Below the pieces are notes generated by a model, which saw only the letters and a program-made list of their open reading frames with translations, was not told the DNA's origin and made no database searches. 64,000 nucleotides of DNA from Polyangiales bacterium (GTDB taxonomy: Bacteria > Myxococcota_A > Polyangia > Polyangiales > JADJQN01). The stretch lies in NCBI GenBank assembly GCA_964202905.1, contig CAXNJO010000004.1:288001-352000 (forward strand), in the 5' to 3' direction. Both the position numbers and the translations under genes were made by a program. Below are positions 34,642 to 46,353 of this stretch, one piece after another; within the stretch, counting starts at the first letter, position 1, and each line of letters opens with the position of its first letter.

Positions 34642-35714
34642 GGCGCCACCGCGACGTGCACGAGGGCACCGTGGCCGGTGGCCGGATCGCGCGCGACGAG
34701 CGCGGCGCCGACGAGCGGTCCGAAGCGCTCGAGGATCATGCGGGTCTCGTCGTCGGTCAGCGACGCCCGCGCCTCGACGCGCGTGGACGCCACGCGGACC
34801 TCGACGCGGCCCAAAATCTCGGCGAAGCCCATCATCGCGACCATCGGGTTGCTCGCGTAGCCGCTCACCACGCCGCTCAGCGTGTCGCTCGCGCGGGCCG
34901 CGACGTCCGGGTCCGCGAACTCGGCGCTGACATCCACGACGATGCCGCGCGACGGATCGACACGCAGGCTCATCCGCTCCGCGTCGAAGAGGGCCGAGAG
35001 CCCCGCCCTCCCCGCGCCCACTGAGCGGCGAAGACCCGGCGACACGCGCGCCACCACCGCGATGGGCGCGGCGGCCCAGCCGATGCGTGCTGCGAGCGCG
35101 TCGAGCCCGGCCCCCGCGAGGGGACCGGCGGACTCGGTGGCGCGGGCCCGCGCGAGGATGTCCTCGACCTCTCCGCCGAGCGCAGCGGCCCAGGTGTTCG
35201 CGTCGAAGCGCAGCGCGCGCAGCGTGTCGGGGCCGGACGTTGCCTCCCACGTGGTCACGCCATCACGCTCGATGGCGGGAGCCTGCCCGAGCCAGGCCGC
35301 GATGGATGCGCGCGCCGCGGACTCGAGATTCGCGCCGCGCGCCACGAACACGATCTGCTCAGCACGCGACCCGCGCTCCGGCTCGCGCAGCGCGATCCAG
35401 CCCTCGTCGAGCGCCGACGCGATCGCCACGAGACGCGCGCCGTCCGTGGGCGACACCTCGCGCGCGATCTGCACGACCGGCTCGAACCATGGCGACGCGC
35501 GCAGCTGCGCTCCGTCGACGTGCACGAGCACGATGGCGTCCTGCGGGAGGAGCGTCACGGGCGAGCGCTCCCACACCGGTCGGGCGGCCTCGGTTGCCAC
35601 CGGCTCCGGCGTGGTGTGCGCCACGGCCGCGCCACCGCAGCCCGCTGCCAACGCGAGGAGGCCTGCCCCGACCAGCGCGCCGCGCGTCGGGATGCGCGAA
35701 GAGACTCGCTGCAT
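34638..35714 (-). CDS. Hypothetical lipoprotein inside the aromatic amino acid operon
   Basis: Lipobox AAGC, host-like codon usage, GTGA coupling to aroA. Confidence 0.75.
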   Translation of the reverse strand: MQRVSSRIPTRGALVGAGLLALAAGCGGAAVAHTTPEPVATEAARPVWERSPVTLLPQDAIVLVHVDGAQLRASPWFEPVVQIAREVSPTDGARLVAIASALDEGWIALREPERGSRAEQIVFVARGANLESAARASIAAWLGQAPAIERDGVTTWEATSGPDTLRALRFDANTWAAALGGEVEDILARARATESAGPLAGAGLDALAARIGWAAAPIAVVARVSPGLRRSVGAGRAGLSALFDAERMSLRVDPSRGIVVDVSAEFADPDVAARASDTLSGVVSGYASNPMVAMMGFAEILGRVEVRVASTRVEARASLTDDETRMILERFGPLVGAALVARDPATGHGALVHVAVAP

Positions 35715-35723
35715 GGCGCGCCC

Positions 35724-36809
35724 CTAGCGAAGCTCGCCGACCGCGGCGAGAAGCCGATCGTTCTCGGCGGGGAGCCCGATCGTGATGCGGAGCCAGCTCG
35801 TGAGCGGCGCAGGCATCGGCCGCACGATCACCCCCTTGCGGAGGAGTTTCTCGTAGACCTCGCGCCCCGGCGCGCCGAAGTCGACGAGGAGGAAGTTCGC
35901 CTGGCTCGGCGCGACGTGCAGCCCAAGGGCCCCGAGCGCGTCCGCGACGCGCGCGCGCTCTGTGCGGTTGAGCGACACGTAACGCGCGACGTGGTCCGGG
36001 TCGGAGAGCGCGGCGCGGGCCGCGACCTGCCCGAGCGAGTTCGTGTTGAACGGCGCGCGCACGCGGTTGAGGAAGTCGATGAGCGCGGGCGTGCCGACGC
36101 CGTAGCCCACGCGCAGCGCCGCGAGCCCGTACGCCTTCGAGAAGGTCCGCAGCACCAGCAGCCGCTCGTGGAGTTCGCGCATCGTCAGCGCGCTCGCGAA
36201 GTCCGGCGCATCGGCGAACTCGACGTAGGCCTCGTCGAGGATCGCGACGACGCGCTCCGGCAACCCGCGGAGCAGCCGCGCGAGATCGGTCGCGGAGACG
36301 TGCGCTCCGGTGGGGTTGTTGGGGTTCGCCAGGAAGAGCAGGCGCGTCGCGGGCGTCACCGCCGCGAGCATGGCGTCGACGTCCCACGCGACGTGGCCGA
36401 CGAGGGGCACCTCGGTGAAGTCGACGTTGGCGGCGAGCAGCCCGAGCCGATAGCAGACAAACGACGGATTCCCGATGACCGCGTGATCGCCGGGCGCCGC
36501 GAAGGTCCGGCACGCGAGGTCGATGAGCTCGTTCGAGCCGTTGCCGACGACGATCTCGTCCATCGACACGCCGTGGTGCGCGGCGAGCGCTTCGCGCAGC
36601 GAGTGCGTGGCGGCGTCCGGGTAGCGACCGAACGCCGCGGCCGCTCCCACGAGCGCCTCGGCGACCCGCGGCGAGGCGCCGAGCGGGTTCTCGTTGGAGG
36701 CGAGCTTCACCGCGTTCTGGATGCCGAGCTCGCGCTCGAGCTCTTCGACGGGCTTCCCGGGGACGTAGGGGACGAGGCGTTCGATGTAGGCAGGGACGAG
36801 GCGATCCAT
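35724..36809 (-). CDS. hisC: Histidinol-phosphate/aromatic aminotransferase
   Basis: KLASNENPLG, GNGSNE, NPNNPTG, DEAY and RTFSKAYGLAALRVGY motifs. Confidence 0.95.
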   Translation of the reverse strand: MDRLVPAYIERLVPYVPGKPVEELERELGIQNAVKLASNENPLGASPRVAEALVGAAAAFGRYPDAATHSLREALAAHHGVSMDEIVVGNGSNELIDLACRTFAAPGDHAVIGNPSFVCYRLGLLAANVDFTEVPLVGHVAWDVDAMLAAVTPATRLLFLANPNNPTGAHVSATDLARLLRGLPERVVAILDEAYVEFADAPDFASALTMRELHERLLVLRTFSKAYGLAALRVGYGVGTPALIDFLNRVRAPFNTNSLGQVAARAALSDPDHVARYVSLNRTERARVADALGALGLHVAPSQANFLLVDFGAPGREVYEKLLRKGVIVRPMPAPLTSWLRITIGLPAENDRLLAAVGELR

Positions 36810-36823
36810 GGTTCTCCGGGGGC

Positions 36824-37897
36824 TCACGCGGGGCGCGGGAAGCTTCCGAGCATCTTCAGCCAGCGGCTCGCGCCGCGCAGTTCCTCGGTCGCCGAGAGGA
36901 CGGACCGATCGGACGCGTGTCCGTCGAGTTCGATGAAGAACACGTAGCGCCACGGCTCACCGAGCGCGGGGCGCGTATCGAGGCGCGTGAGGTTGACGCC
37001 GCGCTCGGCGTACGGCTTGAGCGCCTGGTAGAGCGCGCCGGGCGAGTCGTGCAACGCCACGGCCAGCAAGGTGCGGTCCGCACCGGTGCGCGCGGGCGGC
37101 TCGCCGCCGACGATCGCGAAGCGCACCTCGACGCCTCGCGTGTCCTCGATGTGCTCGCGGACGAACTGCAGCCCGCACGCCTCCGCGAGCATCGGGGTGG
37201 TGATGGCCGCGGCGCCGTGATCCTCCGAGGCGAACTGCGCCGCGACGAGCAGCGACGGCACGTCGATGATCGCCACGAGCGGGAAGCTCGCGTGCAGCCA
37301 GCGCTCGCACTGCCGATGCGCGATCGCCGTGCCGTAGATCTTGTCGAAATCCGCGGCGTTCCCCGTGCGCGACGCGAGGTGGAAGCTCACTGGCACCACG
37401 AGTTCGGCGGTCACGGACACGTCGGCGGCCGCGAGCGCGTCGAGCGTCGCGGACACGGCGCCATCGACGGACGTCTCGAGGGGCACGACGCCGAAGCGCG
37501 CCTCGCCGCGCGCGACGCGATCCACCGTCGCGGCCACGTCCTCGACCGCGACGAGCTCCGCCGCCGCGCCGAAATGGCGCCGCGCGGCCTCGTGCGCGAG
37601 CCCGCCCTCCGCGCCCGCGTAGCCGACGCGCAGGGGCCGCACGAGCGCGTCGCACGCGGAGAGCACCTCGCGCAGCACCGGCTCGACCGACGCGCTCGGA
37701 AACTCCCGCACGCGCTCACGCACGCGCCCGAAGACGTCCGGACCACGCGCGAGCGCATAGAAGCCCCCCGGGTCGCGCTCGCGGAGTTCGACGAACGACC
37801 GCACCGCCCGCGCACGCGCATCGAGCGCTGCGGCGAGGGCGTCGTCGGCGTGCTCGACCGCTGCGCGGATGCGCGCGAGCTCGTCGTGGTCGCTCAT
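36824..37897 (-). CDS. pheA: Divergent P-protein (chorismate mutase-like + prephenate dehydratase + ACT)
   Basis: Domain order and operon position fit. GVVPLETS, HIED...RF, DSPGALY, NLTRLDTRP, YVFFIE and LGSFP are recognisable, but several canonical residues are changed. Confidence 0.8.
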   Translation of the reverse strand: MSDHDELARIRAAVEHADDALAAALDARARAVRSFVELRERDPGGFYALARGPDVFGRVRERVREFPSASVEPVLREVLSACDALVRPLRVGYAGAEGGLAHEAARRHFGAAAELVAVEDVAATVDRVARGEARFGVVPLETSVDGAVSATLDALAAADVSVTAELVVPVSFHLASRTGNAADFDKIYGTAIAHRQCERWLHASFPLVAIIDVPSLLVAAQFASEDHGAAAITTPMLAEACGLQFVREHIEDTRGVEVRFAIVGGEPPARTGADRTLLAVALHDSPGALYQALKPYAERGVNLTRLDTRPALGEPWRYVFFIELDGHASDRSVLSATEELRGASRWLKMLGSFPRPA

Positions 37898-37964
37898 CGT
37901 GCGCGCGACTCTAACAGCTACGCCCGACGTGGGCACCCGTGATTCCGGGCGCCCGCGCCGCCTC

Positions 37965-40646
<2,682 letters not shown>

Positions 40647-40649
40647 GGG

Positions 40650-43037
40650 CTACTGGAAGAGGCGCTCGGTGACGACGTTCTCGACGGCGATCCGCGTCAA
40701 TGCCGCGCGGCCGGCATCGACCGCGTAGAGCTTGTTCTCGAAGGGCGAGAAGAAGACGTCGACGGGGATGCTGCCGGAGGTCGCACCGGGCGTCAGATCG
40801 ATGCCGAGCTTCTGCGGGACACCGACGATGCCGAAGCTGAGCGAGAGCGCCGGCGAAGCGGGGACGGCGGGATCTTCGGCGATCCGGAACGCGACGGTCC
40901 GCCCGACGAACGGCACGTCCGACCAGGCCCGGAATCCCAGCCCGGCGTTCTCCGGCGTCGATGCAGGCACGCGGCAGCGCCCCGCGTCCGTCGCCGTCGC
41001 GCGGACGAGGCCCGAGAGCGCCCCGCGCACGACCCAGCTCGCGCGCGTCCGGACCTCGAACGTGACCAACTCCGGGAAGCACGCGGCGACGCGCTCGAGC
41101 GGGACCTCCGAGCCGAGCGTGCGGGGCCCAATCGTCAGGGCCCCCATGTCGTCCGCGTCGACGATCTCGAACGCGAGGACCGCGCGCGCGCCAGTCCCCG
41201 GATCCGTGGCGACGAGGGCCTGGCAGTCCGGAACGCCTTGCGCCCCAGGCGGGAGCTCGCCCGTGATGACGAGCTGGTCTCCGACGGCCCCCGAGACTGG
41301 CAGCGCCGGCGCGCCCGCGGTGCCGAGGACGCCCGCGCGGCAGAAGTCCGTCTCGCCTGCGCGGAACGCGTCACCGTCGAAGCGCCCCGCGACGCCGCTC
41401 AACACCGCGCCCTCGTACGTCGCAGCCCAGACCTCTCGGACGCCCGCCCATGGGTCTCCGAGCGCGCAGACGAGCGGGCCGCCCGCGTCCACCGCAGGGA
41501 AGGCCTGCGCGAACGACGGGGAGGCGCAATCGACGGGGGCGAGCCCCGGAACGGCGCTCGACGCTGCGCGCCCCGTTTCGTCGACCGGAAACGACACGCC
41601 GCGGAGGTTGAAGGTCGGCGCTTGCAGCACGGCAATCTCGCTGGCGACGAGGCTCCCGATGCGCGGACGGTGACGGCGCACGTACACGATCGCGTCACTC
41701 GCCGTGGAGGTCGCCGTGCCCGCGCACGAACCCGCGCTGCCGCGGCACATCGCGTCGCGGTCGTAGAGATCGACGAAGCGCACGCTGCCGTCCGTGAGCG
41801 TGACGGCGAGGAACACGCCGTGGAGCCGCGCCGGGCCCGTCGCCCCGGGCGCCGTCCCGCCCTCGACGCAGAACGGCGCGGGCGCCGCCGCGTCGTAGTC
41901 GCGCGTCGCGACGACCGTGAGCGCGGTCGCGGGGGAGTCGAAGGAGATGCGGTCCTGCGCGCGGGTCGCCGCGATCTCGACGGCGATGGGTTGCCCGTAC
42001 GTCGCGCCGGACGGGTCGCTCAGGTCGAGGACGGCGACAGAGCCCGTGTCGTCGAGCGCGTAGAGGTAGCGGCGGTCACCCGGCGTCGTCTGCGTCGGCT
42101 CGGCCGGCACGAAGGGGGAGAGCGCGAGTTCGCGCACCGGCGTCCCCGTCGCGAAGGGCGCGAGCTCCGCGTCAAGCCCCGCCGTCGCGTCCAGCGAGAG
42201 GCGATGCACCACCGGGAGCGCGGCGTCGGCGACGAGCAGCTCTCCGGTCTCCTCGTCGAGGAGGAGCGCGACGGGGTACGGCTCGACCCCCGCGCTACGC
42301 GGCGCTCGAACGGGCGCGACGGACGGCGTGACGAGCGCGACGTCCGTGCACTCACGACGATAGAGGGGCAGCTCCGGGGCCGCTGCAGAGGGCTCGGGAG
42401 CCTCTGCCGCAAGCGCGAGCTCCCGGGCACCGGACGCGTCGAGCAGACCATCTCCGAGGATGGGGTATTGGCGCACACGACCGAGAGACGGGAGCGCGAC
42501 GACGAGGAAGCGCTCATCGGGCGTGAGCAGGACGGACGCGGGGGCTGCGCCGAGCGGGACGCGCTGCGTATCGACCGAGGCGGTCGTCGCAGGCGCGCGG
42601 AAGCCGCTCGACGGGTACACCCAGAGGTCTTCGCTGCCGGCGTTCGCGACGTAGGTGGTGATCGGCCGATCCGCGACGACGCCCCGCGTCGAGACGACGT
42701 CCACGGGCAGCGCGCCCGCCTCGATGAACGTGTACCCGGGGATGGTCGCGTTGGTGTCGAGGATCGCGTTGGTGCGCAGATCGACGACGGCGAGCTCTCC
42801 CCGGCGCGATTGCAACACGATCGCGTGCAGGTCGTGGCCGGAAGGGAGGGTCCCGGTGGACGGGTCCATGGGCGCGCAGCGCGCGAGCGGCACGGCCGTC
42901 GGAGGCGTGGTGCGGACGTCGAAGCACACCAGCGAGGCGCGTCCCGGGCGATCGAAGCTGCGCGGCGTCGTGAGGATCGGGGTCTGGCTGCACGCGCCGA
43001 GCAGCGCGACGCACGAGAGGGCGAACCCGGCACGCAT
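40650..43037 (-). CDS. Hypothetical lipoprotein, probable beta-propeller
   Basis: Lipobox LGAC; blade-like segments (YVAN, LTPDERFLVV, LLVAD, YLYALD, LYAVD). Confidence 0.75.
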   Translation of the reverse strand: MRAGFALSCVALLGACSQTPILTTPRSFDRPGRASLVCFDVRTTPPTAVPLARCAPMDPSTGTLPSGHDLHAIVLQSRRGELAVVDLRTNAILDTNATIPGYTFIEAGALPVDVVSTRGVVADRPITTYVANAGSEDLWVYPSSGFRAPATTASVDTQRVPLGAAPASVLLTPDERFLVVALPSLGRVRQYPILGDGLLDASGARELALAAEAPEPSAAAPELPLYRRECTDVALVTPSVAPVRAPRSAGVEPYPVALLLDEETGELLVADAALPVVHRLSLDATAGLDAELAPFATGTPVRELALSPFVPAEPTQTTPGDRRYLYALDDTGSVAVLDLSDPSGATYGQPIAVEIAATRAQDRISFDSPATALTVVATRDYDAAAPAPFCVEGGTAPGATGPARLHGVFLAVTLTDGSVRFVDLYDRDAMCRGSAGSCAGTATSTASDAIVYVRRHRPRIGSLVASEIAVLQAPTFNLRGVSFPVDETGRAASSAVPGLAPVDCASPSFAQAFPAVDAGGPLVCALGDPWAGVREVWAATYEGAVLSGVAGRFDGDAFRAGETDFCRAGVLGTAGAPALPVSGAVGDQLVITGELPPGAQGVPDCQALVATDPGTGARAVLAFEIVDADDMGALTIGPRTLGSEVPLERVAACFPELVTFEVRTRASWVVRGALSGLVRATATDAGRCRVPASTPENAGLGFRAWSDVPFVGRTVAFRIAEDPAVPASPALSLSFGIVGVPQKLGIDLTPGATSGSIPVDVFFSPFENKLYAVDAGRAALTRIAVENVVTERLFQ

Positions 43038-44386
43038 CAGTTGAGCTCCGAGGGCGCGCGGGGCACGCCGAGGGTGGCGACGATCCGCAGCGGCTCGTTC
43101 GTCCGCGCGGCGAGGGGCGCGAGGTCAACGATGCGCACCACGGAGCTGCGAAAGTCGGTGACGAACGCGCGCTCGCGGACCTCGTCGACGGCAATCTCGA
43201 AAGGACCGGAGAAGCCGCGCACGACGTCCTCGACGGCGCCCGTCTCCGCGTCGATCGCGAAGAGCGTGCGACCGTCGTAGCAGGTCACGAGCAGGTAACG
43301 CCGCCCGCCGAGTGTCGTCACCACGAGGCGGGACGCGCCGAAGTCCACGCCCACGACGCGCTCGATGGGCAGCTCGACCGAGGACTCCGCCGCGCGCGCG
43401 AGGTCGATGATCACGACGGCCTGCGGGCGCCGCGAGAGGACGTACAGCTTGTCGCCGTCGAAGACGAGGTCGCGCACGTCGAGGCCGTCGTCGAGGCCCG
43501 AAAGCCGCACGTCTCCGGCGCGGAACAGATACGACCGCTCGGCCGAGGCGCGCGCATCGATCGCGACGCCGAGCTTCGCGAGGCGTGCCGTCGGGCTCGT
43601 GTTCGCCGAGGACACCCACGCCGTGCCGGTGCCCTCGTCGTACGTGAGGCCCACGGCGCTCGCCGGGAGTCCGTCGACCACGTCGACGAGTTTCGGCGCC
43701 TCGTTCGCGCCGGCCCCGGCGCGGTCGAAGAAGAGGCTCGCCTGCCCGCTTCGGTCGAGCACGACGAGCAGGTCCCCCTCGTCCGGATTCGGCAGGGGAC
43801 GCAACAACAGGCGTGAGGGGTCGCCCGGCATCGACTCGCCACGCTGGCTCGCGATGGACTCGTCGCCGCGGCGATGGAAGTCGTCGCAACGCCCGCCCGT
43901 GGCGCCCCCCGCACGGCAGGAGAGCGCCCCCGCGTCCGGGTCGATGTCGATGAAGGTCAACGACCCGTCGCTGCGGAACGGCGCGTACAACCTCGTCCCA
44001 TCCGTCGAGAGCGCGGCCCCGCCCGGGAACGAACCGGTGACGACCTCGCCTCCCGGGGGAACGAACGCGCCCAGATCGTCGAGCACGCATGGCCCGCCTG
44101 CGCAGGCGTCGATCGCGGCCTCGACGCGCGCGAGGTCGAGGGCGAGCACCGTGCCTCCATTGTATCGAAGGTCGAAGTTCGAATTGAGCACGTAGACGAA
44201 CGCCGGCGCTTCCCCCGTCGCGCGCGGCGGCGCCATCACGATCGAAGTCGGGAAGTTCAGACCGCCGGCCACGGGATCGACCCCGGCCGTATCGAGAAAG
44301 CAACCCGAGAGCGCCACCGCGAGGACACAGGAGGCCGTCGACGCGAGCGCGGGGGAGTGCGCGGGGTTGCGCCGGGCCTTCGTCAT
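43037..44386 (-). CDS. Hypothetical lipoprotein, YncE-like beta-propeller
   Basis: Lipobox LSGC; YVLNSNFDLRY, LSTDGTRLY, LYVLSR, GPFEIAVD and AFVTDF; TGATG coupling to the next gene. Confidence 0.78.
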   Translation of the reverse strand: MTKARRNPAHSPALASTASCVLAVALSGCFLDTAGVDPVAGGLNFPTSIVMAPPRATGEAPAFVYVLNSNFDLRYNGGTVLALDLARVEAAIDACAGGPCVLDDLGAFVPPGGEVVTGSFPGGAALSTDGTRLYAPFRSDGSLTFIDIDPDAGALSCRAGGATGGRCDDFHRRGDESIASQRGESMPGDPSRLLLRPLPNPDEGDLLVVLDRSGQASLFFDRAGAGANEAPKLVDVVDGLPASAVGLTYDEGTGTAWVSSANTSPTARLAKLGVAIDARASAERSYLFRAGDVRLSGLDDGLDVRDLVFDGDKLYVLSRRPQAVVIIDLARAAESSVELPIERVVGVDFGASRLVVTTLGGRRYLLVTCYDGRTLFAIDAETGAVEDVVRGFSGPFEIAVDEVRERAFVTDFRSSVVRIVDLAPLAARTNEPLRIVATLGVPRAPSELN

Positions 44387-44462
44387 GGCGGCCGGACCGT
44401 AGTCGGGATGCCCGCCAGGGGCAACCGGCGTCGACGGTTTGGAGATTGCCGCAGAGGCGGCG

Positions 44463-46082
44463 TCAATCCCAGGGGTTGAGCACCTCGGAGCCGCCGCCGG
44501 CCGGACGCGTCGGCGTTGAGGCCGGGGTCGCTGCGGACTCTCCGCCCCCGCCCGGCGGGCGACGCGAACCACTGCTCGAACGCCGCGCACGCTCGAGCGG
44601 GATGCGCACGCTCGACTGGGTGAGCGCCGAGAGAGTCACCGACTGGTCGAGGTGCTCCGGGAGTCGGAGGGTCAACGAGATGGTCGCGTCGCCGATCGGG
44701 CGGTCCACCTCGAACGGCGTGTTGCCGAGGAGCGCGTCGTCCCGGTACACGGCGGCGCCCTCGGGCGTGCTCGCGATCGTGACGCGGACAGCAGCGGGCG
44801 CCGTCGGCGCGGTGCCGCCCGCGGCCGCTGGATTCTGGGGGGAATCGGGCGGAGCGGCGGCGGGGACCGTCGTCGGGACGGGCACGACCGCCGGCGGCGC
44901 GACGGGTGTCGGAACCGTCGGTCGGATGTCCCCCGTCGGAGCCTCGGCCCCCCCGCGGAACACCATCGCTGCGACACCACCGCCCGCGAGCACGAGCACG
45001 AGCGCGAGACCGAGCAGGAGCGGCACGGTCTTCGAGCGCTTCGGCGCCTCCTCCTCCTCCGTCCCGACGCCCATCCCCGTCGGGCCTGCGGTCCGCTGCG
45101 CGTAGGAGAACGCGTCCGTGCTCCTTGCGCCCGCGGCGGCGCGCGCGCCTGCGTCGGTCACGGCGGTCGGCGTGAGGCCCTGCTCGATGCGCTCGAGGTC
45201 CTCGCGCATCTCCTGCATCGACTGGTAGCGCTGCTCCCGATTCTTCTCGAGCGCCTTCATGATCACCGACTCGAGCGCCGGCGAGATGTCCGACGCCGGA
45301 AGCACGTCCCTCGGGGGAAGCGGCTTCTCGTAGAGGTGCTTCGTCAGGATCCCCATGAGGTTGTCCGCGTCGAACGGCACACGGCCCGAGGCCATCTCGT
45401 AGAGGATGATGCCGAGGGCGTAGATGTCCGTGCGCTGGTCGACTTCGGTTCCCGCGCATTGCTCGGGCGACATGTAGTGAGGCGTCCCGAACACCGCGCC
45501 GGCCCGCGTCAGTTTGCTCGTCGCGCCGCCCACCTTCGCGATGCCGAAGTCGAGCACCTTCACGAAGTCGTTGTCGCTGCTGCGCTTGACCAGGTAGATG
45601 TTGTCCGGCTTCAGGTCGCGGTGGACGATGCCATTCGCGTGCGCAGCGCCGAGCGCCGTGCAGATCTGCTTGGCGATCCGCACCGTCCGCGCGGCCGCGA
45701 TCGGTCGCTCGAGTTCGAGCGCCTTCGTGATGGCGATCCCGTCGAGGAACTCCATGACGAAATACGTCGATCCGTCCGGCAAAGCGCCGAAATCGGAGAT
45801 GTCGATGATGTGCTCGTTGCCGATCCCGCTCGCGCTCTGGGCTTCCTGGCGGAAGCGCGCCACGATCTCCTGGTCTTTGGAGACCTCCGCGCGCAGCACC
45901 TTGACCGCGAGCGGCTTCCCGAGCGCGGTGTGCTTGGCGCGGTACACGACGCCCATGCCGCCCTCGCCCAGCATCTTCTCGATGAGGTAGCGGCCATCGA
46001 GCGTGCGACCGATGAGGGGGTCGGGAGGCGGCGCCTCCGGGGCGAGGGGCTCGTCGACGAGGCGAAGGTTCGGAGTGTTCAT
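44463..46082 (-). CDS. Membrane Ser/Thr protein kinase with a C-terminal PEGA-like domain
   Basis: LGEGGMGVVY, AVK, HRDLKPDN, DFG and GTPHYMSPEQ, one TM, then STPEGAAVY...LGNTP. AGGA lies upstream of ATG 46082. Confidence 0.93.
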   Translation of the reverse strand: MNTPNLRLVDEPLAPEAPPPDPLIGRTLDGRYLIEKMLGEGGMGVVYRAKHTALGKPLAVKVLRAEVSKDQEIVARFRQEAQSASGIGNEHIIDISDFGALPDGSTYFVMEFLDGIAITKALELERPIAAARTVRIAKQICTALGAAHANGIVHRDLKPDNIYLVKRSSDNDFVKVLDFGIAKVGGATSKLTRAGAVFGTPHYMSPEQCAGTEVDQRTDIYALGIILYEMASGRVPFDADNLMGILTKHLYEKPLPPRDVLPASDISPALESVIMKALEKNREQRYQSMQEMREDLERIEQGLTPTAVTDAGARAAAGARSTDAFSYAQRTAGPTGMGVGTEEEEAPKRSKTVPLLLGLALVLVLAGGGVAAMVFRGGAEAPTGDIRPTVPTPVAPPAVVPVPTTVPAAAPPDSPQNPAAAGGTAPTAPAAVRVTIASTPEGAAVYRDDALLGNTPFEVDRPIGDATISLTLRLPEHLDQSVTLSALTQSSVRIPLERARRSSSGSRRPPGGGGESAATPASTPTRPAGGGSEVLNPWD

Positions 46083-46353
46083 CGGCGTCCTGGGGGCGGA
46101 GCGGTGTGTCCGGGTCGAGGGGGAGCCGTCGCGGGGGCGTCGGACACGGACACGCGCGAACGGCCCTTGCGTGAACGACGGCGTGCCCCCGGAGACGTTC
46201 AGACTTCCGCGTACGGTACGCCCGCCTCGACCCGCGCGCACCGCTCCACCTTGGGAAACCGCGGTGGGCCGGATGTTCATCCATGCTCCGCTGCGCGTCA
46301 ACCTCGGGGCATGCGACGTGAATCCAGCCCCGCGATGGGGCTCTTCAGCGCGC

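Noticed and set aside
46083..46301. N-terminal extension of the kinase ORF
   Set aside because: Low-complexity, atypical sequence; ATG 46082 has an AGGA RBS and directly precedes the kinase domain.
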